Below are positions 22,346-36,525 of a DNA stretch of 64,000 nucleotides, in pieces. A program made the translations under genes and the position numbers. This DNA is from Macrostomum lignano. Lineage: Eukaryota. The notes beneath the pieces were generated by a model. It did not search any database, was not told the origin of the DNA, and saw only the letters and a program-made list of their open reading frames with translations. Position 1 is the first letter of the stretch, and every line of letters starts with the position of its first letter. The stretch is taken from the NCBI GenBank assembly GCA_002269645.1, contig NIVC01000616.1, forward strand, positions 186,001 to 250,000, written 5' to 3'.

Positions 22346-23265
22346 CTGCTGAGCGAACGCGTGACCTGCTACAGTCACCAGATGTAATAAAAGTCTGCAA
22401 GCACTTCAACTCTGTGTTGCATTTTTAGTAGGACTTTTTGCATTTTGTGTAAACAGGAAATCCAAAAGCCTCTGAAAAAGTTATTTTTTCAAAACTGTTT
22501 GAACAATCCTGCAGCGTTAAAAGACACCGCACATTTTTAGAAGCAGTGACAATTTCTACAGATCGAAGCGATAGCAGACCGAACTTCAAGGTGTCAGGCC
22601 ACGCCTTCTACAGAAATCAGTGCATCAATAACTCAGTTTGATTGGGCAGGACGCTGTTTGGTCCCGAGCTTCAGTGGCATCTGCACCGCAGTGACTTTAC
22701 AGCCAATCTACCTCTTATTGCCAATCCCCCATGCTTTGCACTTTTGCCTCGCATTTATGGCAATCGGAATGCGTTTTCGGCCTGGAATTTCTGCGAACTT
22801 CTTGGCATTTTTATGACCGCGCGGCCCACGGAAACATCGCCGGAATGCGCTGCCCTGCGTCCCGGGAAACCGCAGCTTGCACTTTAACTGCAGTCACAGG
22901 CGTGTCAGTCACAAGATTCGAACCCTGGGATGTCCCAGATCCAGAGGATCCGCACGGAGAGTTCTTAGAAAATTCGCTCCTTAGCGGCTGGCGCGATACC
23001 GAACTGCACCATTGGGCCCGGCGAACTCGCTGCGAACTTGCAGCAGCGCAGCGGGGGGGGGGGCAAACTGCGGCAAACATGCCGAGGAGGCGGGGTGGGC
23101 GGGGCCGCACTCGGCGTCAACAGGTCGTTAAAAATTTTTATTTCATCGGGGAGGGGGCGGGCGCAGCGGCGGACCTTTCGCTGGCCCGATAAATATGCGA
23201 GGCAGCCCGCGGAGTGCCGGCATTTCCAAGATCGATCGCTGTCATCACTTCTGACAACACCGACG

Positions 23266-25186
<1,921 letters not shown>

Positions 25187-25869
25187 CGAGCATCGCTTGT
25201 TTGAACAAACCGATTTTAAGCAGCACCATCTCAGGCCACTTGGTATCTGAGCGCCTGCACAGAGAGATGAAGTCATTTCGCACAAAACTCCATGGTTGCT
25301 ACTTATCAGTAGGCGAACTACGAAATTGAGCCTTATTGAGCGCTGCTATGGAGAGCCTTCAAGTTTGAGCATGCTTTTAATTAGATTTCCTGGTGAACTC
25401 ATGATTCTGCATTATCAAATCCCTCTTTGCTTCATCTGCCTTAATTGCCATCGTTTTGTACGCACAACTGTACTGTAAAGGTGAAATAAAAAGCTGAAAA
25501 TTAACCTTTTTATGGTTATTGCCACAGGCATATAGAACCTATTTTTTAAAACGCAATCAATTTTTTAGCCCAGCTTGATCAAGAAAGCGCGGATGGATGG
25601 TTTTTGAGTGTCTTAGTTACCAGCTGTTTGCGGGTCGTTTTTCACATGACTCACTTCTAGCACCTGATCAACATGCAAGCACTCCTGACTCACACTGGGA
25701 GTTCCAATGACTATCGAAAGTCAAAGAGCCCTTAGCTTCATTTTTATTCTTAAGTAAAGCAACGAGACAAATCTTATAAAAGCAGATCGGTGTGGAAGAG
25801 GCACCTCGCCAATCTTGTCCATTTCTGGCAATCAGTTCGCGCAAGCGAAGAAATAACCATTTTGATAGA

Positions 25870-26495
25870 ATGGGAGTCATGGGTCATGGGGTCATGGGGT
25901 CATGGGGTCATGGGGTCATGGGATCATGGGTGTCATAGGAGTCGGGGAGTCATAGGGGTCATGGGGTCATGGGAGTCATGGGAGTCATGGGAGTCATGGG
26001 GTCATAGGGTCATGGGGTCATGGGGTCATGGGAACATGGGTGTCATAGGAGTCATGGGAGTCATGGGAGTCATGGGAGTCATAGGAGTCGGGGAAGTCAT
26101 AGGGTTCATGGGGTCATGGGATCATGGGGAAATAGGATCATGGGTGTCATAGGAGTCGGGGAGTCATAGGGGTCATGGGGTCATGGGAGTCATGGGAGTC
26201 ATGGGAGTCATGGGGTCATAGGGTCATGGGGTCATGGGGTCATGGGAACATGGGTGTCATAGGAGTCATGGGAGTCATGGGAGTCATGGGAGTCATAGGA
26301 GTCATGGGTCATGGGAGTTATGGGGGTCGTGGGAGTCATGGGAGTCAGGGGGTCATAAGAGTAATGAGAGTCTTCGGAGTTAGGGAAGTCATAGGGGTCA
26401 TGAGGGTCATGGAGGTCATGGGATTCGTGGAGGTCATAGAGGTCATTGGAGTTATGGGGTAAATGGGGGTCATGAGAGACATGGAAGTCATGGGA
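25870..26495. repeat. Degenerate 8-9-bp repeat (GGGTCATG/GGAGTCATG)
   Basis: Directly visible. Confidence 0.9.
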
Positions 26496-26521
26496 GCTGC
26501 TGTGTTCAGCCTGTTTGATTA

Positions 26522-26760
26522 AGGTGAGATTGGATTGGGGTGAGATTGGATTGGGGTGAGATTGGATTGAGGTGAGATTGGATTGGGGTGAGATTGGATT
26601 TGGGTGAGATTAGATTGGGGTGAGATTGGATTGGGGTGAGATTGGATTGGGGTGAGATTGGATTGGGGTGAGTTTGGATTGGGGTGAGATTGGATTGGGG
26701 TGAGATTGGATTGGTGTGAGATTGGATTGGTGTGAGATTGGATTGGGGTGAGATTAGAGT
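26522..26760. repeat. 15-bp minisatellite (GTGAGATTGGATTGG-like)
   Basis: Directly visible. Confidence 0.92.
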
Positions 26761-27039
26761 TGCTCCCTGTTTTCCCAACTTTCGAATGCGATTCCGTGCA
26801 GAAGTTCTCTGGCAAAAAAGTAAAGCTCGGAGTCCATCGGGTCTGAATGCAGAGGGGATTCTATCGTGTATTCTCATTATCAGTATCGAGCGCTTCGTCT
26901 GACGGAGTTCTTTGCGGTGCAACAAAATTATCGGTTTGGAAAAAGTTTTGCGGATTCTCAAAGTCGCTTCAAAACTGCTTGAGCGCTCGATTTTGCAAGT
27001 TGCAGCCGCGGCATCTTCCATGCCATCACGCTGGTGCTG

Positions 27040-28064
27040 CTACAGAAGCAGCATCTCGATCTCCATCAGCGAGTAGTAGTTGCCAAAAGGTAGCCTCCAA
27101 ATGACTCCCTCTGCGTAGACACCTCCGATAGCTTCAGATGAGTTCTTGTACTCTCCGTTCAGGTTGGAGCAGTGACAGTTGGTGAACCACCAGGCACCTA
27201 TATAATCCGTTGCGCAGTTGCCAGTCCTCGTGTCGTGATCGGCGTCCTTCGTGGTGAACTGCATGCCGCTGTGACTTGTGAGGCAGTCGCCGATTCCGGC
27301 GCTGCCGGAGAAGCCGGACACGCTCAGCCGGTAGTTGTCCGACTCGGGACCCACGGAGAAGCTGGAGTACTCAGCCCAGTGCTCAGAGTCGTTCCACGCC
27401 TTCATCAGGATCCTCAGCTTCCGAGGACCAGAAGCAGTGAGAGCGTGGAGAGAGTTCAAGCCTGGGAAGATGCGGACGTCATGGCGATGTTTGTCATTGA
27501 AGTCCGAGTTGGAAAAGGAAGCGAATGGAGCAGATCCGGGATGCACTCACCGATCCAGTAGTTTCCGTCGGGTCCCTCGCCGAACTCGCTCTGGTACTGA
27601 GTCCAGTTGCGGTAAAAGTCCACTGAGCCGGACACCCTGTGCTGCACGGTGGTCCAGCAGTCACTGCCGGCTGTCTGCAAGGTGACACAGGTGTGCTTAC
27701 TCTGGGTTAAAGCGACCGTAACGTTGATAAATCTAACAGAGTGACTCACCCACACTCGCTGAGCTCCCTTGTTTGCATTGCGGCACTTCCTGCAGTGGCT
27801 CAGGCCCAGGCGACACCTGAAGTGAGCGCACAGGTCGGAGCTGGCGTTGAACGCCGCCAGCTGCACAGCGAAGTCGCCGCTCGCTGAAAGCGCGCAGTCG
27901 AACCCACTCCTAGCCGAACGCGACCTCACGGCCTCGTAGTCGGAGAGGCTCTCGCGACTGGAATGCCACGTCTGCACAGAGGAGGCGGCTTCGGTCACGT
28001 GACGCGGGACTGCAGCGAGCAGCAGCAGCAGCAGAGCGACTTGACGAGCGGGTTGGAGCTGCAT
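27040..28064 (-). CDS. Secreted fibrinogen-related domain (FReD; ficolin/angiopoietin-like) protein, 311 aa, two exons
   Basis: Signal peptide. Exon 1 28064-27551 (ATC G|gtgagt) and exon 2 27461-27040 (cccag|GC TTG). FReD motifs 'WTTVQHRVSGSVDFYRNWTQYQSEFG', 'YWIGLNSLHALT', 'FTTKDADHD', 'GAWWFTNCHCSNLNG'. Confidence 0.92.
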
Positions 28065-30867
28065 TTGCTCTGAATGTGGAATAGTGGGTGAAAGCCGTCA
28101 CCTCACTGCGGTTTCCCCTGCTGGTTTTCAGTTAACAGCGTTTTCGGAGGGAGACAGCGGATGTAAAGGTGCTCAACACTTAGCAACTATCTTGACTTTG
28201 CTGTGATAGCTCGGATTTCGCAAAATTCAGGCCGCAGTCACGGAGGCAGACGCTGCAAGCCAATATAAAAGCCCTGAGGCAGAAATCCTGCTTTTGCTGC
28301 GGTCGCCATGGTAACCAGGCAGCTCTAAATTTCAACAGAGGGTGCCTCTCTCAGAGGCAGTGAGCCTTGAAACCGACTGCAGCTCATTGAACTCAGGCAG
28401 GCTCCATTTGAAGGCACTGAGTGCGGCAGTTGGTTGCTGTTGTTTCACAGAGTTGCTGCATGCAAACCCAGCCCACCATGCAGGTCCAACATGGATGGAT
28501 GATGCAGAAGCATAGGACAATAGAAGGTCAGAACAGTCGAGCTTTATCCATAGTCAATCATCCATGGGCCTCTCTCAAACAGCTGGCTCCAAACAGCCGC
28601 CCCCGGGGCAGCGTCTCGGTCCGGTGCACAGAGCAGTTGAAGCTGCCTGCGCTCCCGCAGGCTGCATGCAAAATCAGGGAAAAGTGAAAGCAAAGCCTGC
28701 AGCACCGCGTCTCCCAACCCTTCTCCCCATAGAACTCGCTTTATGCTTCAGTCCGTTGCTTAAATTCTGCCAGTAGCCGTATCTCCCGCTGGGGAGACAA
28801 CAAAATGGAATAAAAAGTTCTGAATAAAAACTTCGCGAGTAAAGGCTGTGTTGTTGTTGACATTGTGGCTGGCAGAAATTGTCGGTGAGGGAGTTTTCAT
28901 TTTAGAAAAATGATTCTTTTTTGTAGTCGTTGGTAGATTTGGAGGGAGAGAGGAGGTGGAAGAATGCGGGAGAAGAGGGCGGATGTATAGGGTCGAGGCC
29001 CAGCTCATGCTCCGTGCTCAACAGACTGACCAGCTAAGTAGACTGTGTCGTTATCTGTCGCCGCCTGTGACTTGTGAGGCAGTCGCCGATTCCGGCGCTG
29101 CGGGAGAAGCCGGACACGCCGGAGAAGCCGGACAGCCGGTAGTTGTCCGACTCGGGACCCACGGAGAAGCTGGAGTACTCAGCCCAGTGCTCAGAGTCGT
29201 TCCACGCCTTCATCAGGATCCTCAGCTTCCGAGGACCAGAAGCAGTGAGAGCGTGGAGAGAGTTCAAGCCTGGGAAGATGCGGACGTCATGGCGATGTTT
29301 GTCATTGAAGTCCGAGTTGGAAAAGGAAGCGAATGGAGCAGATCCGGGATGCACTCACCGATCCAGTAATGAAAGCGCGCAGTCGAACTCATTCCTAGCC
29401 AAGCGCGACCTCACGGCCTTCTTCTTCTTCTTCTTCGGGCGTGCTCGGGCCAGGGCCCATGGCACCGGGCGTCAGATGGCGCCCGCCTTCCCGAGGAAGT
29501 TCAACACCGCGACGCAGTTCTCGAAAACTGCCGCGGGCTTCGGGCTTGGCCCCCAGAGGCGGAAGCGGTGTGATGTTAGGGCGGGGCAGGAGATCAGCAG
29601 ATGGGCCACCGTCTCCTCTCCATCGCCACAGAAGCGGCAGGTGGGGCCACGTCAACGCCGATGGCGGCCTGGAAGCCCCGCAGGGCCGAGCAGCGGTCGG
29701 CGCGCAGCTGGCAAATCAGCCGCTCCTGCCGCCGCGTGAGGTCGCTCGTCGGCGGAGGCGGCAGGCGGCCCGCCGTGCAGGCAAGGTGCCAGGCCAGCGA
29801 GCTCGTGCTCGCCGCCTCGGTGGTCACCGCGTTGTAGATCTGGTGCCAGCGGGCAAGGCAGTGGCGGCGGACGGCAGCCTGCGCGGCAGCCAACAGGACG
29901 GGCGCGGTGCCTTGCGCCAGCGTGGAGCCTAGCTTGGCGACCTCGTCCACGGCCTCGTTGCCGGGGACTCCCGCGTGGCCAGGCACCCACTGCAGGTGGA
30001 CCGAGGTTCCCCGGGCCGCGAGGTCGGCGAGGCTGGCCCAGACGGCGTCGATCATGGTGGCGCCCGTCGACCCGGGGCCGGACGCGAGCGCGGTAAGCGC
30101 GCTCAGGGAGTCCGAGCAGATGCGGACCGGCGACAGCTCTACCGGGTCCGGGGCCGCGAGCACCCACCGAAGGGCCTCAGCGATGGCCACTAACTCGGCG
30201 TGGAAGCTGGACGTCACATGGCCAGCAGCGACTCACAGTGTCGTGTTGGGCTCGACCAGGACGCCGTTGCCGCCGTCCAGGATGCCGTCCTTCGCCGCTC
30301 CGTCAGTCCAGACCACGGTGCTGGCGGGCGGCAGGGCGGCAAGCGTCTGCTCCGCCGCGGCTCTCCGGGCCTCCGGCAGGTCCCCCCGCGAGGTCGGGGA
30401 GGCCAGCTGCAGCCCGAGGGTGACGGAGTCCAGGTCAGCCCAGGGAGGTGTCGTCGGGACAGCGTGGACGGGCTCTCGCGGGAAGCCGCCCAGGCCCGCA
30501 GCGCTGCAGACGCTGGCCGCCGTCTCGCGCCAGCCGCGGGCGCTTTGGAGGCGGCGGCGCGGGCCGACGCTGGCCGCGCAGGCGCGCAGCGGGTTGTCGG
30601 GCGGCAGCCGGAGGGCGCGCTCGTGGAGGAGGCCAGCGTGCATCGCCGCGCGGACTGCCATCGGCGGCAATCCAGCCTCGCGCTCCAGCACCTCCGACCT
30701 GGTGTTCCGTGGACACCCGGTGATGATGCGCGCGCCCAGGCGCTGGGCCCGGTCCAGGTGGTCGATAGCTGTCCTGCAGGCCGTGGGCATCCAGGAGCCG
30801 GCAGCGTACTCCAGCACCGGCCGCACTTAGGCCGTGTAGACCTGGCGCACGTCGCTCTGCTTGGCGT

Positions 30868-31128
30868 TGTTGCATATTATAGCCCTAAAGTATAAAGGGC
30901 ACTTTTATTTACCAAGTAATTGTATTCTTGATTTATTTCAAGTGCCATAGACGACTCACGGCTGCCTACGCTGCCCAACTACGGGCCGGGGAGCCGTCGA
31001 TTAATAAGGCACAAATAAAATAGAAGAAAAGTCCAACAGAAAGGACACCGAAAAAGGGACTCAGTCCAACCCTTGCTAAACAAACAGACCTCGACTTCAT
31101 TTCCGTCAACCTGCATAAAGACATAACA
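30868..31128. mobile_element. Solo LTR (261 bp) nested in the LINE
   Basis: TGTT...AACA termini and a 5-bp TSD GGCGT/GGCGC (one mismatch). Contains AATAAA. Removing the LTR plus one TSD (266 nt) restores the LINE frame ('SNWGAKQSDVRQVY'). Confidence 0.8.
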
Positions 31129-33736
31129 GGCGCCCCAGTTGCTGCCAGACAGCGCCGCCAGAACGCCGCAGCGGGCGCGGGCGCGGCCGGAGACGTTGGC
31201 GGCGTGCGCCGTGAAGCTGAGCAGCCGGTCCAGGATTAGGCCGAGGAAGCGCGGCTGGCGGTCCGTCGAGAGCGGGGCGTCGTTCAGCCGCAGACGCAGC
31301 TCGCGGCTGGCCTCTCCGGCGGTGATGGTGAACAGGGAAGCGGCGCACTTGTTCGGCGCCAGCTCCATCCGCCACTCGTTCGCCCAGTCGGAGACCGCGT
31401 TGATCGCAGCCTGCGCCTTCGTCTCGGCCTCCTCCACGGTCAGGCCTTGCACTTCAATGGCCAGGTCGTCGGCGTAGAGGAACGGCGTGCAGTCGGACGG
31501 CAGGTGGTCAGACAGGTCGTTGATGTACAGCGCAAAGAGCAGAGGGGGAAGGACACTCCCCTGTGGCAGGCCCTCGCAGAAGAGCCGCCAGCTGCTCAGC
31601 GCGCCGTCCACCCTGACGGCAGCGCGGCGATCGGCCAGGAAGCTGCTGAGCCAGCGGACCCCGGCCGCTGGGATGCCGGCGTTGTGCAGCTTGTGCAGCA
31701 GGCCCTGCTTCCAGACGGTGTCGTACGCCCGCCGGAAGTCGAACAGGACGACGACCGTCCGCCTGGCGGGGGCCGCCTGGTGGCCGTCGCTGATGAGCTG
31801 GGTGAGCCGGGCGATCTGGTCCTCGGTGCTGCGCCGCTTGCGGAAGCCGGCTTGGGCGGGGTGCAGCAGGTGCTGGGACTCTGCTCACCAGTAGAGCCGA
31901 GCTTGAACCAGACGCTCGGCCAGCTTGGCCAGGGTGGAGGTGAGGGCAATCGGCCGGTATGAGCCGATCTCGTCGGCCGGCTTTCCCTTCTTGAGGATCG
32001 GCACGACGTGGGCACGGCGCCACGCCGCGGGGACCTCCCCCTGGGTCCAGGACGCGTTGATCAGCTGCAGGACCGCCCGGCGGCCAGCGGCACCGAGGTG
32101 CTGCACATGTTCAGCGCAGATCTCATCGGGTCCTGGAGCCTTCCTGGCCGGGAGGGAGTGGAGAGCCCTGTCCAGCTGGCGGTGCGAGAACGGCTTTCCA
32201 AAGTCTCTGCTCCCATGGCTGTCGGCGCCGGCTCGCGAAACGCTGCTGCGGAAGTTCTCGCGGCGGAGGTTTCGCGTCCTGCGGTCTTGCGGGAGGCGGC
32301 TGACGGCGGCATACTCACGGGCGTAGGCCTCGGCGATGTCCTTCGACTGGACGAGCGTCTTTTGGCCCACCCGGAGCGCTGCGTCCCGCTGCAGGTTGCT
32401 ATTTCTGCCGTCGAGGGAGCGGACAACTCTCCAGATCTTGGAGTGGTCGCTGTCGGCAGCCACCTCGCCGGCGAAGGTCTTCCAGCTCTCGCGTTTGGCG
32501 TCGGCGATCGTCTTCTTGGCGTCGGCACAGGCTCGATTCCAGGCAGGACGCACGCTCGGGTCGGCGGTGGCGGCGGCCCGCGCGGCGCGGTGAGCCTTCA
32601 CGGCGTCGTCGACCTCTGGCGTCCACCAGGCCTTCGCGGAGGGCCGCGCCCCGCGAGAGACAGACGCCTTGTCGGCCGCCTGGATGGCCGTGGTCAGCTG
32701 CTGGTTGGCCTCGCTGACCGACTCGGGCGGGCAGGCCTCCCAGCCAGCCAGGGCTTCCTCGGTCCGGGCGCAGAAACTGGCCCAGTCCGCCTTCGCCCAG
32801 GACCGCCGGGCGGCGCCCCCGCGCTTGGCCGCGCCTCGGCTGTGGATGGTGATGCAGATCGGCAGGTGGTCCGAGCCGACGTCTCCCCGGACCTGCCACT
32901 CGGCCCGGTTGGCGAGCGACTTGTGGCACAGGCTGACGTCAGGCGCCGTCTGCCGGGTGTTGGCGCGGCGCGGCATGTGGGTGGCGCTGCCGTCGTTCAG
33001 GACGCGCATGCCGGACACCACGGACCACTCGAAGACCGCCGTGCCCAGGTCCGACTCTTCCGATTCGGGGTCCCAGGCCGAATGGTGCGCGTTCAGGTCG
33101 CCCAGGATCACCGTGTTGACGCCGGACGGGAGGTGCTGGGGGCTGAACCGCTGCACGCGGTCGTCGCCTTCAGCCGTTCTGATCGGCGGGATGTAGAGGC
33201 AGTGGATGTCCAGGCTCTCGACGCTCTTTTCAGAGGGGAAAACCCGGACGCCGGCCCACTCCGTGGTGACATCATCGGGGGCGCAGGGGTGCTCCTGCAG
33301 CACCTCGAAGCGCAGCCCCTCGCGGATGAGGATTGCAGCGCCTCCTCCGCGCGTGGGGCCGCCGGCGCCGGCCGCTCTGTCGGTGGCGCCAGATCGCGTT
33401 GAACCCCGGCAGGCGCGGATCCCGACCTTCGGTGGTGTGGGTCTCTTGCAGGCACACCACGTCGATGCGCAGATCCAGCAGCAGCTTGCACAATTCGGGC
33501 ATCTTGGAGGCGACGCCCTCTGCGTTGAGTTGCAGGAGGTGCAGGCTACTGGGGGGCCGCGCGCGCGCGGGCCGCTGGGTCGGGGGGCGCCTCGCGCCGC
33601 CGGGGGCCCGCCGTTGAGGCTCGGCGGGCTGGTTCAGGCGTCGGCTAGTCATTTAATCGGCAGGTGGCCGCCAGATGCCAATTGGGCAGCAAAGAGACTG
33701 CGTCGCGGTGTTGGGCCTCGGGAAGGGCCCGTTGCT

Positions 33737-33804
33737 GACCTGCATTTCGTGGACCTTTCGGTCCTCCAGAGGGCACCTCGGGGAGGCGCAGGTCGTTGCT
33801 CTCC
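33737..33804 (-). ncRNA. HDV-like self-cleaving ribozyme at the LINE 5' end
   Basis: Manual fold: P1 GGAGAGC/GCCCUCU (one A-C mismatch), J1/2 AAC, P2 GACCUGC/GCAGGUC, P3 GCC/GGU, L3 UCCCCGA, P1.1 GG, P4 GGACC-GAAA-GGUCC, J4/2 ACGAAAU carrying the catalytic-type C. The predicted cleavage site is 2 nt from the TSD. Confidence 0.8.
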
Positions 33805-36525
33805 CTACCTCACGGCCTCGTAGTAGGAGAGGCTCTCGCGACTGGAATGCCACGTCTGCACGGAGGAGGCGGCTTCGGTCACGTGACGCGGGACTGCAGC
33901 GAGCGAGCAGCAGCAGCAGCAGAGCGACTTGACGAGCGGGTTGGAGCTGCATTTGCTCAGAATGTGGAATAGTGGGTGAAAGCCGTCACCTCACTGCGGT
34001 TTTCCCCTGCTGGTTTTCAGTAAAAGAACTTCGTTCAGAGGGCGGAAGGCGATGGCGATGAAGAAGGCAGAGGAAGAGGGCGGCTGCAGATAGCGGAGGC
34101 CCAGCTCATGCCCCGTACTCACCAGCTAAGCTGACTCTGCCGTGGTATCTCCAGCATTTGCAAAATTCAGTCCGCAGTCGCACAGCAGGCCAATATAATA
34201 AAAGCCCTGATGCAGAAATATGCAATAGCTGCAGTCGCCATGGTAACCAGGCAGCTCAAGCTTTCAACAGGGGATGCCTTAGTGGGGATGGCCCTGGAGC
34301 TGCAGCTCATTAAGTTCTGGGTTAGAAGGCGCACACGCCGGCTTGGATGGCGGAGGCGCAGCAGATGGCGGCAGAGCCGAGCTCACTGCGGGCCCCACCG
34401 CCCTCCCTGCCGCACAGCGCATGCGGCCTGTGGGAGCCCCGACCTCATGTTGCAACTGCATTTGACTTAGGGGGACTTCTATCACTCAAGAACGATTGAT
34501 TGTGCCACACACTGCGAGCGATAGCCGGGTATTCGCATGTGGGCCGCCCTGATAGCGAGGCAATTTGTTTTAATGTATTGCAATCTGCGAGTGTAAGCAA
34601 GCTTTATTTAGAAATTTGAAACGAACAAAAACACTGCTGGTTGATGGGTGTCTGGACAACAACGATGAGTACGGAATTGTTCAGAATGTATGCAAGGATT
34701 TGGAATCAGTTCTGAGAGAGCTGCAGTTCTGCACCAGTTTACTGGGTCACTGGCGTAGGCTGCAATTCGAATTGGAGGGGCCAATATTGGTGATTGGTTG
34801 ACGTCCCTGTCTCTTGGTGAGAATGAGGTTTCTCCTCCCGTTTAGTTTTATTTCTTTGTGCTTTTAGCTTTGTTTTATATCCCCGACCATGTAGCCATCC
34901 TGCCATCCGGCTCTCATCACTGACAGTGGATTGGTGTCCTGGGGAATGAGTTCCTCCCGAATCGGAGAATACCGGCTGAGTCCGGTGTCCCTTTGCTCCT
35001 TTGTGCCCCTCACCAACCCCTTGGCCTGGCTTATTAGAGCTGGATAGCAAAAAAGCATCGAGGCTTGCAGACCTATAGGGGGATTCTTCTAGCTTCCTGA
35101 TAAGAGACTCGCCCTTGGTAATAAGCTGCCCAGACTCGCTCCAATCTAAAGCCTTTCCGTAGACTTCGGGTTTTCCCGCTCTCGGATCGCTTTTTTCGCG
35201 TGCACATTCGGGTTTTGTCATTGGGGGTGGCTTGGGTGGACTCGGTCCTTGCACCGTCCCTGATTCCACTATGGGTTGGCGGTGTCTTAGTCCATAGGCT
35301 TTGGTTAGTCCAGTAAGGCTTCACCAGGCCGTGAGTCCAATCTGGGCCTTTCGGGCTTCGACCCCTGGTAGTATGGCCCCCTACTAGATCCAGCGGCAGA
35401 GCCTTCCTCCGGGCTGATTCGCGGTCAGCACTGCTTTCGGGTCAGGGCCGCTGTACCGTCAGCGCAGGACGTGGAACCTCTGACTTTAATTTAATTTAAT
35501 TTAATTGAAGGCGGAACACAAGCAACAACCAGATTGTAATGAATTTAATTAATTAAAGTTTTGTTAAAATTTCCAAAATCCTGGAGTAAGAAGCGCAATT
35601 ATTTTCCGTTCGAGTCAGTTTAATAAAAATAAGATATAATAATATTAATTATAGTCACTTTGGTTCCGTCTTGAAGCTTCATATATAACGCATCGCTTTA
35701 TTACAGAGAAAAATGTCACACAGTGAAAAGATATGTTAAGAGGAAAAGGAACTGGGTACTGCTGGGTGCTTGTCTCTGTACAAGGTGCCGGTGATATGCA
35801 AAGTTTAAGCCGGGTAATTAAACAGGTGAGAGGGGGCAGACAGGAGGACTTCTAACGCGGCTTACCGAAGTAAAAAAGAATAATTAGACAAAAAAAAGCA
35901 AAAAAACGCGCCACCAAAAGTACAAAACTGTTCAAAGCAAGACTCGAAGCCGAAAGCAGAAGATTGCGAAGCATCTCAAGCGCAGACTGCACTAATTGAC
36001 TGGGAGAGTACATTGAAGGTCAGGTGGGACAATGGTGCAAATACGGGAGAACCACTGCAAGGTCAGCCAACACGAATCGCACAAGACGGCCGAAAGACAG
36101 GCAGAATAACAAAAAAACGGTAATATGTAATCAGTCAGGCACGCGCGCAATGTAATTAGACATAGTGTAGCATTTCATAGCTATTCACATCGCTAATAGT
36201 ACTATGTTAGGATTCTTGCAACTTCACGGTAAATTAGTAAGTAAGAAATATGAATTATTAAAAATTACAGAAAGACAAAATAGTTATAAATTTATTTACA
36301 TTCAACTTCAAAACATGCCTTAAACGCTTCAGCACAGACAGTGAGCTGTGTTTCACTGTAAAGCTGGTTAAAGTTCAAGCAATTTAAGCAGGTAAATATA
36401 CCATTTAGTAATCTTTTGCATATTCGGCACTTACTACTCACTAAGTAGGGCAGAAATAAAATTATCAAGAGAATTTTTACAAATTTAAGAGTGTTAACAA
36501 GCGTCCGCTGAGATTTTGCGCTTCC

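Larger units (their letters stand above)
29420..33806 (-). mobile_element. Full-length, decayed non-LTR retrotransposon (Ingi-like, I group): APE-RT-RNase H-CCHC single ORF
   Basis: 12-bp TSD ACCTCACGGCCT at 29408-29419 and 33807-33818, and a (GAA)n 3' tail. APE 'LLQLNAEG...VCLQET...GDLNAHH...SDHLPI', RT 'QGSVLPPLLFALYIND...YADD', RNase H 'WTDGA...AELVA...SDSLS...WVPGH...GNEAVD', zinc knuckle 'CRFC...H...C'. Disabled by frameshifts near 33370 and 29645 and stops near 31886, 30828 and 30234. Confidence 0.92.
29066..33952 (-). pseudogene. Tandem duplicate of the FReD gene, disrupted by a LINE insertion, a ~325-bp deletion, 3' truncation and frameshifts
   Basis: 33819-33952 matches the 5' end of exon 1, with a 4-bp GAGC duplication causing a frameshift. 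29370-29419 matches the next exon 1 segment. 29066-29367 matches the end of exon 1, the intron and part of exon 2, with an extra 18-bp duplication. Upstream 33955-34270 resembles 28067-28330. Confidence 0.88.
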
